Below are positions 13,780 to 24,369 of a DNA stretch of 64,000 nt, one piece after another (the first letter of the stretch is position 1; every line of letters begins with the position of its first letter). The DNA is from Nitrospirota bacterium. GTDB lineage: Bacteria > Nitrospirota > UBA9217. The stretch covers positions 480,001-544,000 of the forward strand of contig CAWCKW010000012.1 in assembly GCA_963796285.1 (NCBI GenBank), written 5' to 3'. The notes below the pieces were generated by a model that made no database searches, had not been told where the DNA came from, and worked only from the letters and a program-made list of their open reading frames with translations. The position numbers and the translations under genes are program-made.

Positions 13780-13810
13780 AAAGCCAATAGAGTATCTATT
13801 GGCTTTTTTA
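13780..13810 (+). terminator. Intrinsic terminator after tRNA cluster
   Basis: AAAGCCAATAGA-GTA-TCTATTGGCTTTTTT. Confidence 0.8.
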
Positions 13811-14397
13811 TTGTTCATGGTTTGGGTCGTATATGCTTTTAACTTTATGAAATAAATAGATAGAGCGTTTGTTTTTTAGGCCAACATCCTTTTTCCAAGA
13901 ACTAAGGGCACTCCTCCCACATTATCTGATTATATCTTGTGCCTCTTCCCCGAGTAATACTGGCGCATGATCCGAACCTGCCGCTTCGAACTCTTTTTAA
14001 AGATTTTATTGTATGATATAGTCTTGAGTGTTGACTTTATCCGATTTCTGTTATAGTCACAATACTTTGAAATTCAAAAAGTTTCACCCGTGTTCAATAA
14101 CGGTTTACAATACAATACCCGTCGGAATTCTTGACAACTCAGTCATCCAAAGATACAATCATTAAAGATGCCCTGAGTAGTGCAGCTTTTTATTTGATAA
14201 ACCGGATAATACCGTAAATCTGATCTTATCAAGGGAACTGATCAATAAATAGTCGGATGTGGAAACAGCCTAACAAAATGATATGGTGATTGTGGTACAA
14301 TTAATCACGGTGATTTAAACAATTGCATGAAAAATTAATTTCTGTTTTCCAGGAAAAGAGAAACTCAATCACAAAGAGACAAGGAGGAGAAACGATT

Positions 14398-14823
14398 ATG
14401 ACTACGAGAGGATCTATTATTGGAGGTACAGGCACGTTGGCGATGCTGATTCTGTTTTGCATGGGTGTGGTGGGATGCGGCAGAGGCGGTGGCGGCTCTA
14501 GCGACGGAGGCGGCACGCAACGCTCGTCCAGTTAGTCACGTGTCCTCAGGTACGGGAAGCACGGAAAACGTATCGATATACGGAGTTCGAATCACTCCGT
14601 CAAACTCCGAAAACAGTGAACTCCATTGTAAAATGGACGAACAACACGGCCTTGACAACACACACGGTTACCAGCACCACGGTGCCGACGAATGGTTCCT
14701 TCGATTCAGGGTAACCTGACCGCAGGCTCATCAGTCTGTTACCAATTCACAGCAGCGGGGACGTACCAGTACTGGTGCTCGATCCATACGACGCTAATGG
14801 AGGGAACCGTGGTTGTGCAGTGA
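14398..14823 (+). CDS. Plastocyanin/azurin-like cupredoxin lipoprotein 1, frameshifted
   Basis: RBS AAGGAGGAG, lipobox VVGC, HTVTS, FDSG, YQYWCSIHTTLMEGTVVVQ (type 1 Cu ligands). Confidence 0.8.
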
Positions 14824-14882
14824 TCTGACTTGCTTTCGGTCAAGTAGCCTTTTTCGAAGTTCAACTCAGGAAAGGATAAATT

Positions 14883-15291
14883 ATGCTCATACGACCTTGG
14901 GCAACGATTAATATGCTTGTGCTGTTTATTGCTGTACTGTTGAGCGCGCTGGGGTGCAGTGGCAGTACCCGCGATTCTTCTGGAGTTTCGACAACGAGCG
15001 CGCAGCTTGTGACCTGCCCCACAGCGTCGTTTGAATCCGTTGCGATCACATCAAGCAAGACTTTTTCGCGAACAGCGTGACGATCACCGTGAACGACATC
15101 GTCAAATGGACGAACAACGATTCGACCACGCATACGGTCACGAGCGGCGCTCCGGGGGCCACGGACGGCAAGTTCGATTCAGGCAATTCACTGCGGGCTC
15201 GACGGTCTGCATACAGTTCCTGGTTACAGGAACGTTCGATTATTTTTGTAATATTCACACCTTCATGACAGGGGCCGTGATCGTACAATAG
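14883..15291 (+). CDS. Plastocyanin/azurin-like cupredoxin lipoprotein 2, frameshifted
   Basis: Lipobox ALGC, VKWTNNDSTTHTVTS, FDSG, FDYFCNIHTFMTGAVIVQ. Confidence 0.8.
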
Positions 15292-15694
15292 ATGCTGCGA
15301 TGCGAATGCTGGGGTATATCGACACTGATGCGCTGTCGCATCTTCAGGATCCCGGCCGAGAGATCCTCTCTTATTGCATCGAACCATGATATCGATCGAG
15401 ATGGCGCAGTACGTAATGAGCCCACATCTTTGCAATATGCCGTATTTCAATCGATTATTCATAAACAATCTTAGGGCTCGTTGCTGCAAACGTTGATAGA
15501 GCAAAACAATATTCGCGAACGATGAAGATGATAAAGAGATAAATCCTCTTGACCGCTGAACACGGTTTGTGTTACATTGACGCCTGCTTTGGCAGATAAC
15601 GACTCCTAAAGAATCTGACCTTCATGTAAAATAAACAAGTTTCTTGCGGATAAAGCGCCGGATCATGAAAAAGCAAGCGCGGTAAAAGCGATAA

Positions 15695-16036
15695 TCGAAG
15701 TTCAAATCCTTCACGGCTCACCATAAAAAGTCAAGCCCCGTAAGCAGTTACGGGGCTTTTTCTTTTTTGAAATATCCCACCTCTGAATATTAATGTGTAT
15801 ACAAGTGTTTATATTAATCAGCGGTTCGATGGTTAGACTTCTTCATAGCTCATCATAAAAAGTCAAACGTCGTAAGCACTTATGTGGTTTATTCTTTTCT
15901 TAATATAGCCTATTTTTGAATAATTAAAGTGTATAAAAGTGTCTATATAAATCAGCGGTTCGAAAGCTCTACATCTTCACGACTCACCATGAAAAAGTAA
16001 AACCCTGTGGGCACTTAAGGGGCTTTTTCTTTTTTT
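15695..16036 (+). repeat. Three degenerate ~133-bp tandem units, each a tRNA-Lys 3' fragment plus hairpin
   Basis: tRNA-like ends at 15723, 15855, 15989 resembling 20019-20066; each followed by AAAAAGT and a hairpin/U-tract. Confidence 0.8.
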
Positions 16037-16246
16037 GTCCTGTCGCATAATAAAAAGTGAATACATTGTTTGTTTATTGAAGATTCCCGCCTTAGACTAC
16101 TTCCTGAACTTGTTGTAGTTGCAACCCTTGGTAACACATAAAGCTTCAATCAGTATTCTTCAGCGCAAACCCGTCAAATACCACATCAACATTATTGACA
16201 ACTCAGAGCATCAGGCATATATTCGTGAACACTACTGTGAGCGGTT

Positions 16247-16262
16247 TGGCACATTCATTGCT
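16247..16262 (+). promoter_or_regulatory. Sigma54 (-24/-12) promoter
   Basis: TGGCAC-ATTCA-TTGCT, 73 bp upstream of the 16335 ORF. Confidence 0.65.
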
Positions 16263-16334
16263 AAATCCATCAATACCGAAAAATCGTGCTTATCGGGGCG
16301 GTTTTCGTTCCGATAATATTTTGTTAGTCATACA

Positions 16335-19300
16335 ATGATGATAAAGAAAGATCGACAAGATAAGAATAAAATCAAGAAGCAGCACTATGTGCCGCAACTC
16401 GATAAGGCGTCGGGTAACATGCAAAAAAGTGGCCGTCGTCTGTTCTTTATTATTTTCATTGCATCCGGCTTTGCCGGACTTCTCTACGAATCAATCTGGA
16501 CGCACTATCTAAAACTTTTTCTCGGTCATGCAGCCTATGCTCAGACCCTGGTTCTTGCCGTCTTTATGGGAGGCATGGCGCTTGGCTCCTGGTTCAGCGC
16601 GCGCTATTCCAAAAGATGGAGCAACCTATTGCTCGGTTATGCCATCGTGGAGGCGATCATCGGGGTTTTTGCGATGGTTTTTCATCCGCTCTATGTTCAA
16701 TTCCTTGATCTGGCCTACACCCGGTTAATCCCCGAGATAGGTTCACCGACGGCCATAACGTTCTTTAAATGGATAACTGCGAGTTTTTTTATCCTTCCCC
16801 AATCAATTCTTCTGGGAATGACCTTCCCGATGTTAACCGCCGGCCTCATTCGAAAATATCCCGAGAACCCCGGCTCTACCATCGCCATGCTGTATTTTTC
16901 GAATAGTATTGGAGCAGCGGCTGGCGTTTTGGCAAGCGGTTTTATGTTCATTGCATTGGCGGGACTGCCCGGTACGCTTATTATTGCCGGATTGATCAAT
17001 ATTGGCGTGGCGGCCATCGTTTGGCACAAAGTCCGCGATGACAAGTCTTTTGCCGAAAGAAACCGAAAAACGGCAGTGCAACCGGATGTGAACACGACCT
17101 CTACCTACCGGATACTGCTTACGGTAGCCCTCCTGACTGGAACGTCGTCACTCATATACGAGCTCGGCTGGATACGCATGTTGAACCTGGTGTTAAGCAG
17201 TTCCACGCACGCTTTTGAACTTATGCTGAGCGCGTTCATTACGGGTCTGGCTCTCGGAGGATTGTGGATCAGACGCCGTATCGAAGATTTGCAGCAACCG
17301 ATACGTTTTTTGGCATTCGTACAGATAGCCATGGGGCTTCTGGCACTGGCAACCCTGCCACTGTATGGAAAGACCTTTGAAGTGATGGCATGGCTTGTGG
17401 GCAACCTGGAAAGATCAATGATCGGCTATACGATCTTTAATGTTATCAGCCACAGCATGGCCCTGGCTATCATGCTCCCGGCCACGTTTTGCGCAGGTAT
17501 GACCCTGCCGCTCATTACCGCTATTTTGCTTCGGGATGGATATGGCGAGAAAAGCATCGGTGCGACCTATGCGTTCAACACCGTCGGTTGTATTATAGGC
17601 ATCTTTTTAGCCGTTCACCTTGTCATGCCGATACTCGGGCTAAAGGGGATGCTCGGTCTGGGGGCGGGCATCGACATTGCGCTGGGTTTGGCGCTGGCAT
17701 GGTGGGCCTTCCCTGCTAGGCGTATTCCGGCCATATTAACTGCCATGAGTACAGCGATCCTCCTGTTCTCCATGATCTGGATACAGTTCGACACTCGGAA
17801 TATGTCCTCTGGTGTATATAGAACCGGGCAACTGTTCCGCGCAGGTGAAGAAGAGGTGTTATTTCACCACGATGGTAAGACCTCGACGGTATCCGTGGTT
17901 AAATATCGAGACGGCGTCCTTTCGATTGCAACAAATGGAAAACCCGACGCAAGCATCAATGTTATACAAGAAGCGGTCTCAAGTGATGAGTCGAACCAGA
18001 TCTTGCTTGGTGCCATGCCACTCGTCTTTCACCCGCATGCGAAGACTGCCGCCGTCATCGGATGGGGCTCGGGGATGACGACGGATATTCTTTTAACCAC
18101 AGCGCAGCTCGATCGCGTGGATTCCGTGGAGATCGAGCCGACCATGATCAAAGCCGCCATGTTTTTTCGTCCTCGCGTGGAACTGGCTTATATCGATCCC
18201 CGCAGTCATATCCACATCGAAGATGCGAAGACATTTTTTTCCACCTACAATAAGAAATACGACATCATTGTTTCGGAACCTTCCAATCCGTGGGTCAGTG
18301 GCGTCGCAGGACTTTTTTCAAAAGAGTTCTACCTAAGAATAAAAGACCACCTTAACAAAGACGGCCTCATGGTTCAGTGGTTACACCTCTATCAGATTGA
18401 TATGCCACTGGTAGCATCGATATTCGAGGCGTTATCATCTCAGTTTGCCGACTATGCGGTCTATAGCACGAATGAAGCGGATATCGTGATCCTCGCGCGA
18501 CCTGCCGGTGCCGTTCCCGAGCCTGATCCGGGTGTGATACGGGAGAAGGGGCTTTCATACGAATTGAGAAGGATGGGGATCAACGGGCCCCAGGACATGA
18601 TCGTACGAAGAGTCGGCAATAAGCGCTCCCTGGAGCCTCTGTTCGAGAGCTATGGGGTAGAGGCCAATTCCGATTATTACCCGCTGCTGGATCTGAATGC
18701 TGCCCGCGCGCGATTTATGGGAACCACGTCTACAGATCTTGTGACCGCTAACGCTCACTTAACTCTGCTGCCGGTTATGGAGATGCTCGGGCAATACCCT
18801 TCAGACCTGAAAACCACGGAAGTAAGTTATTCGAATTATGACCGATCGAAAAAAATTCACGTATCCGCCTTGTTGAATGAGTATATACTTCATGGTTTAT
18901 GGAAATGGGAACATCCGGACACTCGTCTGTCCGAAAACTTTCGTAAGTATGCTGAAATGGTCAGGCAGTCGCTATCGGATTGTTCGGATAAGACGCGCGA
19001 CAAAAAATGGTGGGATGGCATGCTCTTCATGGTGGCACAGCAGATATTACCCATTCAATCACCCAATCAGCTGGGAAAACTCTGGGGGAAAGCTGATTCC
19101 TCCTGCAGGGCACAGCTTTCTACGTCCCAAAGGGACTTCATAACACTTCTCAGAGCCATTGACAAGCGAGACGCACCATCTATGTCTCATACCGCTCGAA
19201 AGCTTCTCGAAGAAATGCCTGGAGCGAATTCGGCTCTTCGATCCTATATACTCGCATCCGGCATGCTGGGCGATCTTTCCAACGGGGAAAAACGGGCAGC

Positions 19301-19400
19301 GCAAGGATTGTGGGAGCAATACGGGAATCGCTTGGACGCAAAAGACTCGCAGACATTGTTGATGCGTCTATTGACCGCTCATGCCAAATTAGCTAATTAG
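16335..19400 (+). CDS. Fused MFS-like membrane / spermidine synthase-like SAM-binding protein
   Basis: Two 6-TM repeats (SGFAGLLYESIW; TGTSSLIYELGWIR), NGKPDAS, VIGWGSGMT, VEIEP, YDIIVSEPSNPWVSGVAGLFS. Confidence 0.88.
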   Translation: MMIKKDRQDKNKIKKQHYVPQLDKASGNMQKSGRRLFFIIFIASGFAGLLYESIWTHYLKLFLGHAAYAQTLVLAVFMGGMALGSWFSARYSKRWSNLLLGYAIVEAIIGVFAMVFHPLYVQFLDLAYTRLIPEIGSPTAITFFKWITASFFILPQSILLGMTFPMLTAGLIRKYPENPGSTIAMLYFSNSIGAAAGVLASGFMFIALAGLPGTLIIAGLINIGVAAIVWHKVRDDKSFAERNRKTAVQPDVNTTSTYRILLTVALLTGTSSLIYELGWIRMLNLVLSSSTHAFELMLSAFITGLALGGLWIRRRIEDLQQPIRFLAFVQIAMGLLALATLPLYGKTFEVMAWLVGNLERSMIGYTIFNVISHSMALAIMLPATFCAGMTLPLITAILLRDGYGEKSIGATYAFNTVGCIIGIFLAVHLVMPILGLKGMLGLGAGIDIALGLALAWWAFPARRIPAILTAMSTAILLFSMIWIQFDTRNMSSGVYRTGQLFRAGEEEVLFHHDGKTSTVSVVKYRDGVLSIATNGKPDASINVIQEAVSSDESNQILLGAMPLVFHPHAKTAAVIGWGSGMTTDILLTTAQLDRVDSVEIEPTMIKAAMFFRPRVELAYIDPRSHIHIEDAKTFFSTYNKKYDIIVSEPSNPWVSGVAGLFSKEFYLRIKDHLNKDGLMVQWLHLYQIDMPLVASIFEALSSQFADYAVYSTNEADIVILARPAGAVPEPDPGVIREKGLSYELRRMGINGPQDMIVRRVGNKRSLEPLFESYGVEANSDYYPLLDLNAARARFMGTTSTDLVTANAHLTLLPVMEMLGQYPSDLKTTEVSYSNYDRSKKIHVSALLNEYILHGLWKWEHPDTRLSENFRKYAEMVRQSLSDCSDKTRDKKWWDGMLFMVAQQILPIQSPNQLGKLWGKADSSCRAQLSTSQRDFITLLRAIDKRDAPSMSHTARKLLEEMPGANSALRSYILASGMLGDLSNGEKRAAQGLWEQYGNRLDAKDSQTLLMRLLTAHAKLAN

Positions 19401-20018
19401 AGTCTGTATTTTAACTGTTGATCCGCTGATTCATGGAAAAACTACCTGCGAACTGATGATACGAATATTTTTGCGAAGGTCAAAAAGACAATATCGGATA
19501 AATCAAAAAAAACTAAAACAAGAAAGACCAAGAAGGGCAGAACGAAAACCGCCATATGATCCTACATGCGCGTCGAGAGGGTCGCCGAGAAACGTGCCCC
19601 TCACGCGCGCGTTAAAGTGTGCTTATTCCTTTCCATTGCCCTGATTCATCATGTCCGGAGAGCCGTGAAAGACTCGATCTGTCATTTCATTATACTATCT
19701 ATCAGGTTTATGCATTGCATGTTTCACTCGGTAATCGGGAATAGTCGCTATTTCTCTGAAGCACACAGTTGTAGGTGAACTTACCTATTATGATAGAAAG
19801 TCCAGGACGCGAACCAGACCTCGACTAGATGCGCCCCGCCAGAAGCTCAAAATCCTCCGCTGTGTGTAATCTGAAAAAACCCTTGACCTGCTTATGCCCT
19901 ATATGATAGTATCCACACCCGTTGAAGGATTGCCGGACATAAAATGTAGACACCGGTGACTACATTTTATACAATAATAACCTATTGATTATATGGTAAA
20001 AGTAAGCACTTACCTTTA

Positions 20019-20066
20019 TGACTCTTAATCAGCGGGTCGAAGGTTCAACTCCTTCACGGCTCACCA
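20019..20066 (+). pseudogene. 3' half of tRNA-Lys(CTT), att-like remnant
   Basis: TGACTCTTAATCAGCGGGTCGAAGGTTCAACTCCTTCACGGCTCACCA; no D-arm or 5' acceptor strand upstream. Confidence 0.85.
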
Positions 20067-20146
20067 TAATTAACTCAGGGAGCAGTGCGCAGCAGGCAGC
20101 GGGTCACGAAAGCTGCTTCACGTTCACTGCTCTCTTTGTTCATGCA

Positions 20147-20229
20147 GCGAGAGTGGCGGAACTGGCAGACGCGCCAGACTTAGGATCTGGTGGGCGACCA
20201 TGGGGGTTCAAGTCCCCCCTCTCGCACCA
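20147..20229 (+). tRNA. tRNA-Leu(TAG)
   Basis: CCAGA-CT TAG GA-TCTGG, variable arm, CCA. Confidence 0.96.
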
Positions 20230-20343
20230 AATACTGTACAAAGAACTAACGTCCAGAGTGTTGTAATGCAACCTTCGCATCTTCTTCATGCTGAGGGCGC
20301 TATAGATAAACGGACACTATTAACTCTTAAAAGGTGGTTGCCA

Positions 20344-21624
20344 ATGAAAGCGGTCGTCGAAGAAATCAATTCAGTAAAGAAAAAGATCACGATAGAAATT
20401 GAGCCGGATTCAGTGGCGAACGAGATGGATAAGGCCATTAAGGACGTTGCCAAAAAGGCAAAGATACCCGGCTTTCGTCCCGGTAAGGCGCCGAAGAATG
20501 TCGTGGAACAGCATTATGGAGAAGAGGTCCGGTCCGAGGTCATGAACAGGCTCATCTCGGACTCGTATCTCACGGCGGTCAGGGAGCACAATCTCAACCC
20601 CGTGGGTATGCCGCAGATCGAGAATATGACGCCGCTTGCCAAGGGATCTTCCCTGAGCTATACAGCTATCGTGGAAGTACGGCCGAACATCACGCTTGGC
20701 ACCTACGATGGCATCGAAGTGAAGGAACAGGACCTTGCGGTGACGGATGAGGAATTGAACCAGACCCTTGACCGTCTCCGCGAGATGTATGCCCAGCTCG
20801 AAGTCGTCGAGGGCCAGGCGCTTGCGAAGGACCACACGGCGATCATCGACTTCGAAGGGTTCCACGACGGGAAACCCATCGAAGGCGCCAAGGCCGCGGA
20901 CCATATGCTCGCCATCGGTTCGGGCAATCTGATCCCCGGATTCGAGGAGCAGCTCATCGGCATGAAGAAGGGCGAGACCAGAGAGATCCAGGTCACCTTC
21001 CCGGCGGATTATACCAATAAGGAAATAGCCGGCAAGGACGCGCGCTTTACGGTGACGCTCAAAGAGGTGAAGAAAAAGGTCCTTCCCGAGCTGAACGATG
21101 AATTCGCAAAGGATACCGGGGGCAATAAGACCGTTGATGAGCTGAAGGCGCGGGTCAAGGAAGACCTCGAGGCCAGGAAGCGCGACGAACTGGGATCTGC
21201 CCAGCGTGAGGAACTGATGACGAAGCTGGTGGACGCCCATTCGTTCGAGGTGCCGCAGGGCATGGTGGAACACGAACTGCAGGCCATGACGCGGCAGCAG
21301 GCCACTCGCTTTGCCCGGCAGGGCATGGACATCAAGTCTTTTGACGTGAAGAACTTCATGGAGAAGAACCGGGACCTGGCGGTGCAGCGTGTCAAAGGGA
21401 TCCTGCTGCTCGAAGAGATAGCGGAAAAAGAAAAGATCGATGTCAGCGACCAGGAACTGTCGGCATCCATCACAGCGATGGCAAAGAGCGCGGGCCAGAC
21501 CGCTGACGCGGTCAGAAAATACTACGAGTCCCAGGACGGCGGTCTTGAGAACCTGCGATCCTCGCTCATTCAGGAAAAGACGCTCGGTCTCTTGCTTTCC
21601 CGTGCAAAGAAGAGCTATAATTAA
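20344..21624 (+). CDS. tig: Trigger factor
   Basis: IPGFRPGKAP, FKBP domain LIPGFEEQLIG, VTFPADY. Confidence 0.97.
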   Translation: MKAVVEEINSVKKKITIEIEPDSVANEMDKAIKDVAKKAKIPGFRPGKAPKNVVEQHYGEEVRSEVMNRLISDSYLTAVREHNLNPVGMPQIENMTPLAKGSSLSYTAIVEVRPNITLGTYDGIEVKEQDLAVTDEELNQTLDRLREMYAQLEVVEGQALAKDHTAIIDFEGFHDGKPIEGAKAADHMLAIGSGNLIPGFEEQLIGMKKGETREIQVTFPADYTNKEIAGKDARFTVTLKEVKKKVLPELNDEFAKDTGGNKTVDELKARVKEDLEARKRDELGSAQREELMTKLVDAHSFEVPQGMVEHELQAMTRQQATRFARQGMDIKSFDVKNFMEKNRDLAVQRVKGILLLEEIAEKEKIDVSDQELSASITAMAKSAGQTADAVRKYYESQDGGLENLRSSLIQEKTLGLLLSRAKKSYN

Positions 21625-21731
21625 AGCAGGAAAGATAAAGAATATTGGCCATGGATGCGCGCTTTCAGTCAAGAGCTTTTTAGTTTTTTTCTTGGGTTTC
21701 GCGGCTGAGTGGTAATCACGAAGGAGACAGC

Positions 21732-22337
21732 ATGTCATTGATCCCCATGGTAATAGAACAGACGAGCCGGGGCGAACGGGCATACGATATTTACTCCCGC
21801 TTGTTGAAGGACCGGATCATCTTCCTCGGTACGCCGATTGACGATCTGGTGGCGAACACGGTGATAGCGCAGTTCCTCTTCCTTGAGGCCGACGACCCGG
21901 ACAAGGACATTTATCTCTATATCAATTCGCCGGGCGGCATTGTGACCGCCGGGCTTGCGATCTACGACACCATGAACTATATCAAGTCCCCGGTCTCGAC
22001 CATCTGTATCGGCCAGGCCGCGAGCATGGGGGCGCTTCTTCTGGCATCTGGCACGAAGGGCAAGCGCTTCTCCCTGCCGCATGCCCGTATCATGATCCAC
22101 CAGCCCATGGGCGGGTTCCAGGGACAGGTTACGGACGTCGAGATCCATGCCAAGGAAATGCTGAAGATGAAGGAAACGCTGAACAAGATCCTGGCGAACC
22201 ACACGGGCCAGTCGATGGAGAAGATCCATGAAGATACGGACCGGGATTACTTCATGTCCGGCGAGGATGCGAAGGCGTACGGTCTTGTCGACGAGGTCAT
22301 TGCCAAGAAAGTGCCCCGGCTGGTGAAGGAGAAGTAA
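21732..22337 (+). CDS. clpP: Clp protease proteolytic subunit
   Basis: [37 protein letters not shown]. Confidence 0.98.
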   Translation: MSLIPMVIEQTSRGERAYDIYSRLLKDRIIFLGTPIDDLVANTVIAQFLFLEADDPDKDIYLYINSPGGIVTAGLAIYDTMNYIKSPVSTICIGQAASMGALLLASGTKGKRFSLPHARIMIHQPMGGFQGQVTDVEIHAKEMLKMKETLNKILANHTGQSMEKIHEDTDRDYFMSGEDAKAYGLVDEVIAKKVPRLVKEK

Positions 22338-22340
22338 CCT

Positions 22341-23585
22341 ATGACGGAAAAGAAAGAACATAACGCTACCCCGCTCAAGTGCTCGTTCTGCGGCAAGGGG
22401 CAGGACGAGGTGAAGAAACTGATCGCGGGGCCCTCGGTTTTCATTTGCAACGAGTGCGTGGACCTCTGCAACGAGATCATTGCCGAGGAGTGGGAAGAGA
22501 CCAAGGAAGCGAAGACCCCGCGGCTTCCGAAACCCGCTGAGATCAAGCGCAATCTCGATGAATATGTGGTCGGGCAGGAGCGCGCCAAAAAGATCCTGTC
22601 CGTGGCCGTGCACAACCACTACAAGCGCATCGGCGTGCAGCATGAGATCGGCGACGAGGTCGAACTCCAGAAGAGCAATATTCTGCTGATCGGTCCAACG
22701 GGAGTCGGCAAAACCCTGCTCGCCCAGACCCTGGCGCGGATCCTCGATGTGCCTTTTACCATTGCCGATGCCACGACGCTCACGGAAGCCGGATATGTGG
22801 GCGAAGATGTGGAAAATATCATTCTTAAACTTCTTCAGAACGCCAACTACGACGTGGAGCGGGCGCAGCGCGGTATCGTATACATCGATGAGATCGACAA
22901 GATCAGCCGCAAATCCGAGAGTCCGTCGATCACCCGTGACGTCTCAGGCGAGGGTGTGCAGCAGGCGCTTCTCAAGCTCATCGAGGGGACGGTTGCCAGT
23001 GTGCCGCCGCAGGGCGGCAGAAAACATCCACACCAGGAGTTCATCCAGGTGGACACGAAGAACATCCTGTTCGTATGCGGCGGAGCTTTCGTCGGCCTCG
23101 ACACGATCATCGAGCAGCGCGTCGGCCAGAAGACCATGGGGTTCGGCGCCGACATCCAGAGCAAGAAAGAACGGAAACTGAGCGAGACGCTCGCCAACCT
23201 CCAGCCCGGTGATCTGCTGAAGTACGGGCTCATCCCCGAGTTCATCGGCCGTATGCCGGTGGTGGCCACGCTCGAAGAGCTCGACGAGCATGCGCTGATA
23301 GACATCCTCACCCGCCCCAAGAACGCGCTCATCAAACAGTATCAGAAACTGCTTGCGCTCGAAGGCTGCAAACTGCGTTTCACCGACGACGCGCTTATAG
23401 CCATTGCCAGGAAGGCGATCAGCCGCAAGACAGGCGCCCGCGGTCTCCGTGCCATCCTCGAGGACGTGATGCTGAACGTGATGTACGATGTTCCTTCCCA
23501 GCCCGGCATCCGTGAGTGCCTCATCAGCGAAGAGGTGATCACCGAAGGGGCGGAACCGCTGCTTATTTACGAGAAGATCGCGTAA
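22341..23585 (+). CDS. clpX: Clp protease ATPase ClpX
   Basis: CSFCGK Zn domain, [34 protein letters not shown]. Confidence 0.98.
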   Translation: MTEKKEHNATPLKCSFCGKGQDEVKKLIAGPSVFICNECVDLCNEIIAEEWEETKEAKTPRLPKPAEIKRNLDEYVVGQERAKKILSVAVHNHYKRIGVQHEIGDEVELQKSNILLIGPTGVGKTLLAQTLARILDVPFTIADATTLTEAGYVGEDVENIILKLLQNANYDVERAQRGIVYIDEIDKISRKSESPSITRDVSGEGVQQALLKLIEGTVASVPPQGGRKHPHQEFIQVDTKNILFVCGGAFVGLDTIIEQRVGQKTMGFGADIQSKKERKLSETLANLQPGDLLKYGLIPEFIGRMPVVATLEELDEHALIDILTRPKNALIKQYQKLLALEGCKLRFTDDALIAIARKAISRKTGARGLRAILEDVMLNVMYDVPSQPGIRECLISEEVITEGAEPLLIYEKIA

Positions 23586-23591
23586 CGAAAA

Positions 23592-23670
23592 ACAGGAGAC
23601 AGAAGTCAGTATTCAGGAGTCGGGATGATATCCGTCTCTCCCTTCTGGCTCCTGTCTCCTGACTCCTGAT
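23592..23670. repeat. Inverted 7-mer tandem-repeat hairpin (representative)
   Basis: ACAGGAG ACAGAAG TCAGTAT TCAGGAG ... CTTCTGG CTCCTGT CTCCTGA CTCCTGA. Confidence 0.85.
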
Positions 23671-23681
23671 TCAGTCTCCCT

Positions 23682-24283
23682 ATGAAAATACTCTCAGCCG
23701 AATTCGTCATCAGCGCCGCGGGACCCAAGCAGTTCCCGCTGGACAGCAGACCCCAGATCGCCATTGCCGGCCGTTCGAATGTCGGAAAATCTCGATCATC
23801 AATTCACTCCTCCACCGGAAGAACCTGGTAAAGACGAGCCAGACGCCCGGGAAGACCCAGCTTATCAACTTCTTCATCATCAACGAGTCCTTCTATTTTG
23901 TAGACCTGCCGGGATACGGTTACGCCCGCGTTCCCTATGCCGTGACCGATGCCTGGGCGCCGATGATCGAGGGGTATCTGAAAAACGCTCCGCAGTTGTC
24001 CGCTGTCGTCGTTCTTCTGGACAGCAGGAGAGAGCCCGATGAGCGGGATGTCCACCTTATCAATTGGCTCCGGCAGTACGATATCCCGGTGATCTTCGCG
24101 CTGACAAAGATCGACAAGCTGAACCGTCAGGAGACAGACCGGGCCCGGCGGAGCATCAGCGCGTCGCTGGGGATCCCTGATGACCTGGTCCTGACATCGG
24201 CAAAGAGCGGGCAGGGGATCAAAGAGCTGTGGGGGGTAATAGTTAAAAAATTAAAGGAGCCAGGAGTCAGAATTCAGGAATAA
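23682..24283 (+). CDS. engB: Ribosome biogenesis GTPase YihA/YsxC, frameshift ~23790
   Basis: [45 protein letters not shown]. Confidence 0.92.
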
Positions 24284-24369
24284 GGAGAATACTGTTGATT
24301 GTCTTTTCCCTTTTTTCTGTATTTTCTATTTCGTCTGGTTCTGGACTTCTGAATTCTGACTTCAAAACA

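Noticed and set aside
13824-13842. Missing 5' half of tRNA-Lys (GGGTCGT...)
   Set aside because: No TAGCTCAG D-arm follows; pairing to the 3' fragment is weak.
15695-16036. CRISPR array
   Set aside because: Whole ~133-bp units are similar, with no unique spacers and no cas genes; the repeat derives from tRNA.
20200-20343. N-terminal extension of trigger factor
   Set aside because: Overlaps tRNA-Leu; the ATG at 20344 has an RBS and matches the usual Tig start.
20410-22643. Long antisense ORFs (457 aa, 302 aa) and similar ones opposite lon, alr and the ABC1 kinase
   Set aside because: Shadow ORFs of GC-rich coding strands with no recognisable motifs.
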